A stretch of 64,000 nucleotides of DNA from Methyloprofundus sp. Its GTDB lineage: Bacteria > Pseudomonadota > Gammaproteobacteria > Methylococcales > Methylomonadaceae. The stretch spans positions 185 through 64,184 of the forward strand of contig DUBW01000040.1 of NCBI GenBank assembly GCA_012960135.1, in the 5' to 3' direction. The translations under genes and the position numbers were made by a program. The notes beneath the pieces were generated by a model. The model searched no databases and was not told where the DNA came from. It saw only the letters and a program-made list of their open reading frames with translations. Each line of letters starts with the position of its first letter. Position 1 is the stretch's first letter. Shown here piece by piece: positions 32,766 to 41,923 of the stretch.

Positions 32766-32892
32766 GTAACTACTCAGCGTATTTTTATATAAAAAACACA
32801 TGACTGAAAGAGAGTAGGATGGGCACGCCAACTTTTACCTATCCTAATTAAATATCAATGCATTACGATATTAAAACATGCGGAGTAGTTAC
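32766..32892. mobile_element. 127-bp IS66-type MITE with target-site duplication
   Basis: IRs GTAACTACTCAGC and GCGGAGTAGTTAC (12/13 match); flanks GAAAAAAC and CAAAAAAC (7/8); same IR as the IS66 end at 48570. Confidence 0.75.
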
Positions 32893-32901
32893 CAAAAAAC
32901 A

Positions 32902-32926
32902 AATGAAACGAATGAAACGAATGAAA
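32902..32926 (+). repeat. short tandem repeat (AATGAAACG) x ~2.8
   Basis: aatgaaacg aatgaaacg aatgaaa. Confidence 0.7.
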
Positions 32927-33036
32927 ATAATAGCTGCAAATTATTCACGGCATTCAAGTCTATAAAAGTTGTGAGAACAAGCGGTAATCTTATTAGATAT
33001 AAGTCATTTTCGTTAGAGCTGCTTCGTGCAATTCAC

Positions 33037-33657
33037 TTAGGAAAATATGACCCGTTCAATCACTGCTAATGCCCGCCTAATATGTTCAAAGCTATGTGAA
33101 CCACCGGCATAAGTCACCACATTTGCTTTATCTTTATATTTCAACAGGGTATTTTCAGAGTCTATCAATTCATCAGCCATATCCAGCAAAATTGTTCTGT
33201 CTATGCATTGCTTGCTATTGATCAATTCTTGTTCATATTTCCCATATTGATTGCAATGCTCCTGGTTCCAACTGTATGGCTGAGCCGTTTCATAATTTTC
33301 AGTCACTCCGATAAATTGCGGCAGTAATTCACTCGGTGTTATAGCGGGATTAATCATAATAGCCTTACACCCCGTTTTCATTGCCAGATATTCACTGGCA
33401 AAACCGCCCATTGATGAACCCATAAAAACAACATCAAAAGATTTATCCAAGCACTGATTCCACTGAAGAAGCATATCTTCTATAATATTTTCAAAATCCC
33501 TATAATCTATATTTGGCGTATAAAACTGAATATCTTTTTGTAAACAAAATTCTTGCATCACCAGAAGTTTGTCTTTGCTGGTTAGCAAGTTGTCGTCTAA
33601 ATCTAATGACGCAGAATTGAATCCATGTAAGTAAATAATTGCTTTATTCATAATCAC
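33037..33657 (-). CDS. YqiA/YcfP-family alpha/beta hydrolase
   Basis: IYLHGFNS, GSSMGG, INPA, GGSHSF. Confidence 0.9.
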   Translation of the reverse strand: MIMNKAIIYLHGFNSASLDLDDNLLTSKDKLLVMQEFCLQKDIQFYTPNIDYRDFENIIEDMLLQWNQCLDKSFDVVFMGSSMGGFASEYLAMKTGCKAIMINPAITPSELLPQFIGVTENYETAQPYSWNQEHCNQYGKYEQELINSKQCIDRTILLDMADELIDSENTLLKYKDKANVVTYAGGSHSFEHIRRALAVIERVIFS

Positions 33658-33892
33658 GATTGTATTTTTGCCTGGCTAAAGGCTAACCTAGTGAATTTTC
33701 CAGAACTCTAATTTCTTAAATGCCCATTGCCATAGGCCGCCTATATTTCAGGTTTAAGCGTAAACTAATCGTCCCAAATAGAGCACCTAAAACAATAATG
33801 CGGTTTTTCTGAAAAAATATCATTAAAAGCAAGACACATTGATGCAAATCCTTTATTAAATTTGGCTGATAAGAGAGCCGCCTAGTGCTGCA

Positions 33893-34240
33893 CTAGCCAT
33901 CAGTACCAACATATTTTTTACTCAAGACCAATCCACTGATACTGCCCCAAATAATCAAGTATGAATTAAAAAATATCGTTAGCAATGTTGTATCTTTCAC
34001 TCCCCTTAACAGATCATAGATTTCATCCCAAAGCAGAATACTTATAAAAAGTGCAACAAACCATCGGAATTTTTGATCTATTTTTAAATAATACAGTGCC
34101 ATCGGAGTGATAAACCCCGCAAAAAAATGATAAAAATTGTTCATGATTGCTTCTACGGTAAAAGAATCCAACTTAACCGCCCTATCGGCGAAATAGTAAA
34201 TAAATAACCCGGTACACAAGACAAACCAGAATAAACGCAT
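33893..34240 (-). CDS. hypothetical membrane protein
   Basis: 115 aa with 4 hydrophobic segments. Confidence 0.7.
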   Translation of the reverse strand: MRLFWFVLCTGLFIYYFADRAVKLDSFTVEAIMNNFYHFFAGFITPMALYYLKIDQKFRWFVALFISILLWDEIYDLLRGVKDTTLLTIFFNSYLIIWGSISGLVLSKKYVGTDG

Positions 34241-34374
34241 AATTGTATTATTAATTAGAATAAAATATATTGAGTAGAGCTAAAAGGAGCTCTATAACAC
34301 TCTGTTTTTATATTTGAGAATAGCATAAAGTATATTTTTTGGTGTCTCCTTAATTCTGGCTTCACCGTTTCATG

Positions 34375-35073
34375 CTAATAACGAATGAACAAACTACCAG
34401 AAATTAAGTGATCCATTTGATTATTCTGGCTTTCGAGATTGACGAACTGATTAATATAACCCAACTCAAACCGGTAGTGCTGTTTAGAGTCAACGAAGAA
34501 ACCTAAGCCTGTAAACAGTCGATTTTGTCCGAAGCCACTTTTTGCTCCCCAGTCAGTACTATTCATATTAACAAAGACCTCGTCCCATAAGGACAGGTAG
34601 ATGCGTTCAGAAAATATCGGGTAGGTATATTTTAAAAATTGCCTAAACCGCCAGCCTGCATCATTGCCGGTATTTAGGAAGCGCTGTTCCAAACGAGTAC
34701 GTGTCGCAAGCCCCCCCCAGGAGTATGGCTTATTCCAACTTAGCTGCTGCCAAATCCGATGTTCATCTGTGTGATCTTGCCCTTCTGGATAAGTTCTTAC
34801 CCAGGCATACCCCAGCCATACGCTGACCTGGTCAGATAACTGGTACCCAATGCCAGGTCGAACTATACTCTGCCCCTGCTGACTTGCATTGTTAAACCAG
34901 CGCCCCTGCCCCTCCATCCACCATTGCCATTTTCTCAACTCTGAATCAGCGTGAGTAAAACTTCCTTGACCCTGAATAGCCCCCCATATACCAAATTTAT
35001 CGACAGTCTCGGCAGTGGCATTTGACCAGGGGAGTATCGCTAATACGCATATTAATGGGAAAATCATTTTCAT
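34375..35073 (-). CDS. DUF2490-like outer-membrane beta-barrel protein
   Basis: Signal peptide; EHRIWQQ, RTRLEQRF, WRFRQ, DEVF, QNRLF.G.G, ELGYINQ; start placed at ATG 35073. Confidence 0.85.
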   Translation of the reverse strand: MKMIFPLICVLAILPWSNATAETVDKFGIWGAIQGQGSFTHADSELRKWQWWMEGQGRWFNNASQQGQSIVRPGIGYQLSDQVSVWLGYAWVRTYPEGQDHTDEHRIWQQLSWNKPYSWGGLATRTRLEQRFLNTGNDAGWRFRQFLKYTYPIFSERIYLSLWDEVFVNMNSTDWGAKSGFGQNRLFTGLGFFVDSKQHYRFELGYINQFVNLESQNNQMDHLISGSLFIRY

Positions 35074-35116
35074 TTCAAGCTTCTTCCAAAAAGAAGACGT
35101 TAAAGAACTGTCTATG

Positions 35117-35577
35117 TTAAGGTGTAAAATCATTAATAACAGCAGCTCCTACAGTTTCATTGCTGGCCTCGTCTATGAGTACTAAGCTCCCAGTCAAACG
35201 GTTTTTAGAGTAGGCATCAATAAACAAAGGCGCAGTTGCCCTAATAGTGATCAGCGCAATATCATTCATATCTATATTGGTATCTCCATTAACTTTTTCC
35301 AGTGTGTTGATGGTCGAGTCTATAATGAATCTCACCATGACCACGCAACGTGTATCACGAATCGTGTGCTTGATCGCCTATTTACCGTTTAGCTGGAGTG
35401 GATTAGCACTTAACCAACTTAGTTGGGGAGTAATATCCTGAGTTGTGTGTGGCGGTTTTTCTAGCCCTACTATCATATCGCCTCGACCGATGTCGATATC
35501 ATCCTTCAGCCTCAGGGTGGCTGACATAGAGGCAAAGACCTCATTGTCCTGAGTATCCATATCATCCACCAGGATGA
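35117..35577 (-). pseudogene. cysN: sulfate adenylyltransferase subunit 1, C-terminal fragment
   Basis: LKDDIDIGRGDMIV and MNDIA...PLFID.Y..NR.TGSLVLIDE.SNETVGA; internal stop/frameshift; 5' part missing at the IS3 boundary. Confidence 0.85.
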
Positions 35578-36306
35578 TGTAATGGTCAACAAAAACCGAA
35601 CACTTTTAACTCATGCCCTGTGCCATTTACATAATACCGCTGCTGACGATGCTGATGGCCTGCATATTGGCTACCTCACTCCGAGTGATGCAGTATAGAC
35701 CTGGTGCTGATTTTCTTCTCCAACAAGCCACTGGTAGTGCTCTGACACATCATGATGTTCGCATATGATCATCAACTGCCCAGCCCACAACTTGCCGAGA
35801 AAATAAATCAATGACAACGGCCACACTTAAAGCCAACCTTCAAGTGTCCACGCATAAAAAGCACGGGTACTGGCTCTCATAACGCGACATAATGCCGTAA
35901 TAGGGTAGGTTTTCTATTGCTCTCGAATAAAAATATACTTTACTCGACTTCTTTCGCAAAGAAGACTGCTACCTTTTTTAATATTTCGCACTCCATACGT
36001 AATTTCACAACTTACTTACGTAGCCTGACTCATTCGGCCTGACCAGATAAACTAGGCGTTAATTTTGTTTCGACTGTTGATCCTCGTTCTGCTCTAACCC
36101 AACGCCCAATCGCACTTAAGGATACACCTAAGCTGTCTACGGCTTGTTAATAGGTATATCCTTTCTCAATCACTAATTTGGCTGCATCTTGTTTGAATTC
36201 AATATTATAGCCAGGTCTTTTTGGTTTTGTTTGCTTACGCATATTCACCTTTAATGGACATGATAAATCTGTCTTTTGAAGTGTCCTGTTTTATTAAACC
36301 ATTTCA
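35578..36306 (-). mobile_element. internally deleted IS3-family element with both IRs
   Basis: IRs TGTAATGGTCAACAAAAACCGAACAC and rc TGAAATGGTTTAATAAAACAGGACAC; OrfA (EFKQDAAKLV..LRMEREILKK) and OrfB (VIDLFSRQVVGWA) fragments with stops. Confidence 0.88.
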
Positions 36307-36453
36307 CTAATACAGGGACAGTTTCTTTGGGAAATAGATCTAACAATACTTGAGGTTTATCTTGGAGCTAGACTGTTGCGTGTGTGGAGTCGGAGCTATT
36401 TGATGAGCTATTTTAACAATGATGAAGCGCTGCACCAAAACCACTATTTTATT

Positions 36454-36547
36454 GCACCACCCTAGTGCGCCCCAGCATTAATTATTATTCAGTAACGCTG
36501 TAATTAATAACAATATCAATGATGTATATTCTTGGCATGATATGTGT
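36454..36547 (+). promoter_or_regulatory. NtrC-like site and sigma54-like promoter of nirB
   Basis: GCAC-N7-GTGC at 36454-36468; TGGCATG-ATAT-GTGT at 36533-36547 (-12 element non-canonical). Confidence 0.5.
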
Positions 36548-36589
36548 ATTGCACTACTAATAAATATTAATCCTTCTATTGAGGCTCGG

Positions 36590-39124
36590 ATGAGTAATAA
36601 ACAAACATTGGTTGTAATTGGTAACGGTATGGTTGGCCAAAACTTCCTAGTCAGCTTAATGGCAAGTGATATAAAGGACAACTATGAGGTTGTTACCTTC
36701 TGTGAAGAGACACTTCCAGCTTATGACCGCGTTCACTTAAGTGAATATTTTGCTGGTAAATCGGCAGATGATTTATCACTAATGGAAGCAGGTTTCTTCG
36801 AAGATAACAATATCACTATTCATATAGGTGATAAAGCTTCTATCATTGATCGTAGCAATAAAACGGTTACCTCTGAAAAGGGTGTTGAAATTGCTTACGA
36901 TAAGCTTGTTTTAGCTACAGGCTCAAGGGCGTTTGTTCCACCTATTCCAGGTCATGACCGTAAAGGCTGCATTGCTTATCGTACGATTGATGATCTTGAT
37001 GAAATGATGTCTGCAGCCAAAACATCTAAAGTGGGTGCGGTAGTAGGTGGTGGTTTATTGGGACTTGAAGCGGCAAAAGCTCTACAAGATTTAAATTTGA
37101 AAACACATGTTGTTCAGTTTTCTCCTCGATTAATGGCAGCTCAATTAGATGCTGGCGGCGCTGGCTTACTAGCAAGTAAAATTGAAGATCTGGGTATTTC
37201 AGTATTGACCGGTAAAAATACGATTCAAATCGTGGATGGTGATACATGCAAACATAAGATGATTTTTGCTGATGGCGGTGAGCTGGAAGCAGATATGATT
37301 TTGTATTCAGCAGGTATTCGCCCACGTGATGAACTCGCTAATGCCTCAGGTTTAAAAATTGCTGACCGTAGCGGGGTAGTCATTAATGATAATTGCTTAA
37401 CATCTGATGAAGATATCTATGCCATTGGTGAATGTGCATCATGGAATGATCAAACCTTTGGTTTAGTGGCTCCTGGTTACGCTATGGCTCGTACCGTGGT
37501 TGACCACCTTACTGGCGGCAACGAGACATTTAAAGGTGCTAATATGAGCACCAAATTAAAACTAAATGGCGTCGATGTGGCAAGCATCGGTGATGCACAT
37601 GCTTCGACACCTGGCTCTTTAGTTTATACCTACCAAAATGGTGTGGATGGTATTTATAAACGCCTTGTTGTGAGCCAAGATAATAAATTATTACTTGGTG
37701 CCGTATTGGTTGGTGATGCATCAGGTTATCCGACCTTATCTCAATACTATTTAAACCGCATTGAACTGCCAACTAACCCTGATTCATTAATTTTGCCATC
37801 TCGCAGTGATGAGTCTGTTGGATTAGGTCCTGATGCTTTACCTGCATCTGCACAAATTTGTTCATGTTTTGATGTGACTAAAGGTGACATTTGTACGTCG
37901 ATTGAAGGTGGCTGTACGACATTAGGTGCATTAAAAGATGAGACTAAGGCCTCGACAGGTTGTGGTGGCTGTGCTGCATTACTAAAATCAGTTCTCAATT
38001 GTGAATTAGAAAAAGCAGGATTCGACGTTAACACTGATATTTGTGAGCATTTCGCATATACACGTCAAGATTTATACAACTTGGTTAAGGTTGAAGAAAT
38101 CAAAACGTTTGCTGAATTAATTGCAAAGCATGGTTCTGGTAAAGGCTGTGAAATTTGTAAACAAGCTGTCGGTTCAATTTTAGCATCGTACTGGAATGAA
38201 TATATATTAAAAGATGCACACGTTGGCGTTCAAGATACCAATGATACCTTCTTAGCGAATATGCAAAAAGATGGTACCTATTCTGTTGTGCCAAGAATGA
38301 CGGGGGGCGAAGTCACACCTGAAGGTCTTATTGCCATTGGTCAGATTGCTAAGAAATACGGTCTATATACCAAAGTAACCGGTGGGCAACGTGTTGATTT
38401 ATTCGGTGCTCGAGTAGACCAGTTACCTCCAATTTGGCAAGAATTAATCGATGCTGGATTTGAAAGTGGTCACGCTTACGGTAAATCATTACGTACCGTT
38501 AAATCATGTGTAGGTAGTACATGGTGTCGTTTTGGTGTTGATGACAGTGTTGGTTTAGCGGTTAAACTTGAAAATCGTTATAAAGGTCTTCGTGCACCAC
38601 ATAAAATCAAGTTTGCTGTTTCTGGTTGTACACGTGAATGTGCCGAAGCACAAAGTAAAGATATTGGTATTATCGCTGTTGAAGGTGGTTGGAACTTATA
38701 TGTCTGTGGTAACGGTGGAATGAAACCACGCCACGGAGATTTATTTGCAACTAATCTTGATAAAGAAACCTTAATTAAATATATCGATCGTGTCCTAACA
38801 TTCTATGTTCAAACAGCTGACAGAATGCAACGGACTTCGGTATGGATGGAAAATATGGAAGGTGGCTTAGATTATCTGAAATCAGTGGTGATTGATGACA
38901 AATTAGAAATCTGTAACCAATTAGAAACTCAAATGCAGCGTGTTGTTGATACGTATCAATGTGAGTGGAAAACAACGATTGCAGATGAAAGTAAACTGAA
39001 ACGTTTCCGTACTTTCGTGAATAGCGATAAACATGACGAGAATATTATATTTATTGAAGAGCGAGGTCAAATTCGTCCTGCCAATATCGAAGAGCGTGAG
39101 CTTGCACTAGCGGAGGAAGCATAA
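36590..39124 (+). CDS. nirB: assimilatory nitrite reductase (NAD(P)H) large subunit
   Basis: VIGNGMVG, GGGLLGLEAA, BFD-like Cys clusters, TGGQRVDL, SGCTRECAEA. Confidence 0.97.
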   Translation: MSNKQTLVVIGNGMVGQNFLVSLMASDIKDNYEVVTFCEETLPAYDRVHLSEYFAGKSADDLSLMEAGFFEDNNITIHIGDKASIIDRSNKTVTSEKGVEIAYDKLVLATGSRAFVPPIPGHDRKGCIAYRTIDDLDEMMSAAKTSKVGAVVGGGLLGLEAAKALQDLNLKTHVVQFSPRLMAAQLDAGGAGLLASKIEDLGISVLTGKNTIQIVDGDTCKHKMIFADGGELEADMILYSAGIRPRDELANASGLKIADRSGVVINDNCLTSDEDIYAIGECASWNDQTFGLVAPGYAMARTVVDHLTGGNETFKGANMSTKLKLNGVDVASIGDAHASTPGSLVYTYQNGVDGIYKRLVVSQDNKLLLGAVLVGDASGYPTLSQYYLNRIELPTNPDSLILPSRSDESVGLGPDALPASAQICSCFDVTKGDICTSIEGGCTTLGALKDETKASTGCGGCAALLKSVLNCELEKAGFDVNTDICEHFAYTRQDLYNLVKVEEIKTFAELIAKHGSGKGCEICKQAVGSILASYWNEYILKDAHVGVQDTNDTFLANMQKDGTYSVVPRMTGGEVTPEGLIAIGQIAKKYGLYTKVTGGQRVDLFGARVDQLPPIWQELIDAGFESGHAYGKSLRTVKSCVGSTWCRFGVDDSVGLAVKLENRYKGLRAPHKIKFAVSGCTRECAEAQSKDIGIIAVEGGWNLYVCGNGGMKPRHGDLFATNLDKETLIKYIDRVLTFYVQTADRMQRTSVWMENMEGGLDYLKSVVIDDKLEICNQLETQMQRVVDTYQCEWKTTIADESKLKRFRTFVNSDKHDENIIFIEERGQIRPANIEERELALAEEA

Positions 39125-39489
39125 TGGGCTCTAATAACAAGTGGGTGGACGTTTGTAGTCGAGACGATTTGCAGCCAAACTCTGGGGTGTGTGCGTTAGT
39201 AGAAGATCAGCAAGTGGCTATTTTTTACATGCTTGAAGATGAAACCGTATTTGCCATTAATAATTATGATCCTTTTGGTAAAGTTAATGTGCTATCTCGT
39301 GGACTAATCGGTGATATACAGGGCGAACCCATGGTATCCTCACCATTATATAAACAACATTTTAGTCTTAGAACTGGACTTTGTGTTGAAGATAAAATGG
39401 TTAAAGTTAATACGTATGGGGTTCGCATTACTGGCAACCGTGTTGAAGTCAACCTCTATAACAATACCCCATGGGGAGAAGCAACATGA
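39124..39489 (+). CDS. nirD: nitrite reductase small subunit
   Basis: VLSRGLIGD..GEP.VSSPLYKQHFSL.TG.C. Confidence 0.96.
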   Translation: MGSNNKWVDVCSRDDLQPNSGVCALVEDQQVAIFYMLEDETVFAINNYDPFGKVNVLSRGLIGDIQGEPMVSSPLYKQHFSLRTGLCVEDKMVKVNTYGVRITGNRVEVNLYNNTPWGEAT

Positions 39490-40403
39490 CGCTTAGCTAT
39501 TACATAGCAGATGTATTTACAAATCAGATATTTGCAGGTGCTCAAATTGCTGTTTTTCCAAACTCAGGTTCATTGAGTGATGATCAGATGGCTGCTATTG
39601 CCAGAGAAATTAACTTATCTGAAACTGTCTTTGTTTCAAACCCGAGTGGAGAAGCTTTATCTCGAACCATGCGTATCTTTTCACCATTAGAGGAAATTGA
39701 TTTTGCAGGCCACCCCATTATTGCGACCGCCTTTGTTTTAGGTGAAAGTGATGATATTGCCTTAACAGATGGTGTGACGGCATTAACCTTCACCCAAAAT
39801 ATTGGTGAGATAGACGTGAATGTTTCCGCTTCTGCCGGAAAAGTTAATTTTGTACAATTTTCACGCAAAGTGTCATCAATTATTGATAGGTTTACCCCCA
39901 CTATTGCTGAAATTGCAGAGCAATTATCAATTAGTCCTGATGAGATTGATCACAAAAAATATTCAACACGTCTTGTGTCATGTGGCCTCCCTTATTTAAT
40001 CGTTCCAGTGTGGAATTATGAAACGGTTAGAAATGCTAAATTTAATTTCGCTTCATGGAGTATGTCTGCTGCACCGCAAACAGCAGCCCAAGAAATATTG
40101 TTATTTTCACCTAAAACACCCTTTAAAGATGCTAACTTCAATGCACGTTTGTTAGGTCCGAATATTAGTGTTAATGACGACCCTCCTGTTGGTAGTGCGA
40201 TGCCTGCTTTTGCATCTTATTTATGTTCCTTCGATTTTACCCAACAAGGCACACATACCTTTGCTGTAGATCGAGGTGATGATAAAAATCGTCGTAGTGT
40301 ATTGAATATTGAAATGGATCATAAAGCTCAGTCTGAACTTGCTTTAAGAATTGGTGGTGAAGCTGTGATGGTTGCTGAAGGTAAAATGCATATTCCAGCA
40401 TAA
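39486..40403 (+). CDS. PhzF-family isomerase/epimerase-fold protein
   Basis: DVFT..F.GAQ.AV, EINLSETVF, RIFSP.EEIDFAGHP; start overlaps the nirD stop. Confidence 0.9.
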   Translation: MTLSYYIADVFTNQIFAGAQIAVFPNSGSLSDDQMAAIAREINLSETVFVSNPSGEALSRTMRIFSPLEEIDFAGHPIIATAFVLGESDDIALTDGVTALTFTQNIGEIDVNVSASAGKVNFVQFSRKVSSIIDRFTPTIAEIAEQLSISPDEIDHKKYSTRLVSCGLPYLIVPVWNYETVRNAKFNFASWSMSAAPQTAAQEILLFSPKTPFKDANFNARLLGPNISVNDDPPVGSAMPAFASYLCSFDFTQQGTHTFAVDRGDDKNRRSVLNIEMDHKAQSELALRIGGEAVMVAEGKMHIPA

Positions 40404-40587
40404 ATATTTGAAGAAAGCATAGGCTTTAGCGTGGATGTTTTTCGACATTAATCAGCAATACTGGCCCGTTGTTTGATAAGTCTAGAAATTATTATCCTAT
40501 TGTCTTGTTTAATGGGGAATAGCTCTACTGAAAATGAGTAGTAGGGCTTTTTTTATAATATGTTTTAACGTGGTGTAAATCTTTGTA

Positions 40588-41805
40588 ATGAAAGAGCAGT
40601 TAGTCCTAATTGGTAATGGTATGGCAGGTATGAGAACAGTCGACGAACTGTTAAAGCTTGCACCTGAAAAGTACGATATAACAGTATTTGGTGCCGAACC
40701 TCACGGTAACTACAATCGTATTATGCTGTCGCCAGTACTCGCAGGTGATAAAACCATTGGTGAGATTGTTATTCATGATTTTCAGTGGTATCAAGATCAC
40801 AACATCACCTTACATACGGGTACAACAGTCACAGCAATAGATAAAGGTAATCAAAGTGTTATTACCGCTGGCGGCACACAGATATATTATGACCGTTTAA
40901 TTCTCGCAACAGGATCCAACCCAGTGATCTTGCCAATTGATGGTAAGGAGCTCGAAGGAGTGATTAGTTTCCGTGATATCAATGATGTCAACATCATGAT
41001 TGAAACAGCTAAAACACATAAAAAAGCCATCGTTATTGGTGGAGGGCTACTGGGTTTAGAAGCTGCTAATGGTTTAATGATTCAAGGGATGGATGTATCT
41101 GTAGTGCACCGGAGTAATACCTTAATGAGCCAGCAATTAGATCAAGCTGCATCAGATTTAATGCTTGCTGAGCTACAAGTAAAAGGCATGCATTTTTTAA
41201 TGAATCACGATACGGCAGAACTTGTGGGTAATGAGCGTGTTGAAAAAATACGTTTTAAAGATGGCTCTGAACTCGATGCTGATTTGGTTGTTATGGCGGT
41301 AGGTGTTCGTCCTAATATTAAATTGGCACAGGATTCTGGTATTGCTTGTGAACGCGGTGTATTAGTTGACGATACACTAAAAACGTTCTCAGACAATATT
41401 TATGCGGTGGGTGAATGTGTGCAATATCGAAATGAAACATTCGGACTTGTAGCACCACTTTATGAACAGGCAAAAGTCTGTGCCAAACAACTAGCTCATG
41501 TAGGTGGTTCTAAATACCTCAGTTCCGTGACGGCAACTAAACTTAAAGTAACGGGTATTAACTTGTTCTCTGCAGGTGATTTTATTGGTGATAACGAATC
41601 AGAGGTGTTGATCTATCAAGATACATCTCGCCACATTTATAAAAAAATCGTATTAAAAGAGAATAAAATTATTGGCACGGTACTTTATGGAGATACAACG
41701 GATGGGAATTGGTATTTTTCATTATTGAGTGATGAGAAGGACATTTCCGGGATCCGTGAAGATATTTTATTTGGTCAACATCAAGTTGATGAGGATTTAT
41801 GCTAA
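40588..41805 (+). CDS. FAD-dependent oxidoreductase, nitrate reductase electron-transfer subunit (NasC/NasB-like)
   Basis: LIGNGMAG, YNRIMLSPVL, GGGLLGLEAA, ATKLKVTGI; lacks the NirB C-terminal half; precedes nasA. Confidence 0.85.
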   Translation: MKEQLVLIGNGMAGMRTVDELLKLAPEKYDITVFGAEPHGNYNRIMLSPVLAGDKTIGEIVIHDFQWYQDHNITLHTGTTVTAIDKGNQSVITAGGTQIYYDRLILATGSNPVILPIDGKELEGVISFRDINDVNIMIETAKTHKKAIVIGGGLLGLEAANGLMIQGMDVSVVHRSNTLMSQQLDQAASDLMLAELQVKGMHFLMNHDTAELVGNERVEKIRFKDGSELDADLVVMAVGVRPNIKLAQDSGIACERGVLVDDTLKTFSDNIYAVGECVQYRNETFGLVAPLYEQAKVCAKQLAHVGGSKYLSSVTATKLKVTGINLFSAGDFIGDNESEVLIYQDTSRHIYKKIVLKENKIIGTVLYGDTTDGNWYFSLLSDEKDISGIREDILFGQHQVDEDLC

Positions 41806-41923
41806 TGATGTTTCAAAGTGTCGAAATATATCGAGACTTTAATTTAGCCCGTCACTCCCTCGAAAGTAGGAATCTAACGATAGTTAATACTTCCACAGCC
41901 CATGGTTCCCGGCATATACGAGG

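Noticed and set aside
32902-32926. Possible CRISPR-like repeat
   Set aside because: A 9-bp tandem repeat without spacers; no array or cas genes in the window.
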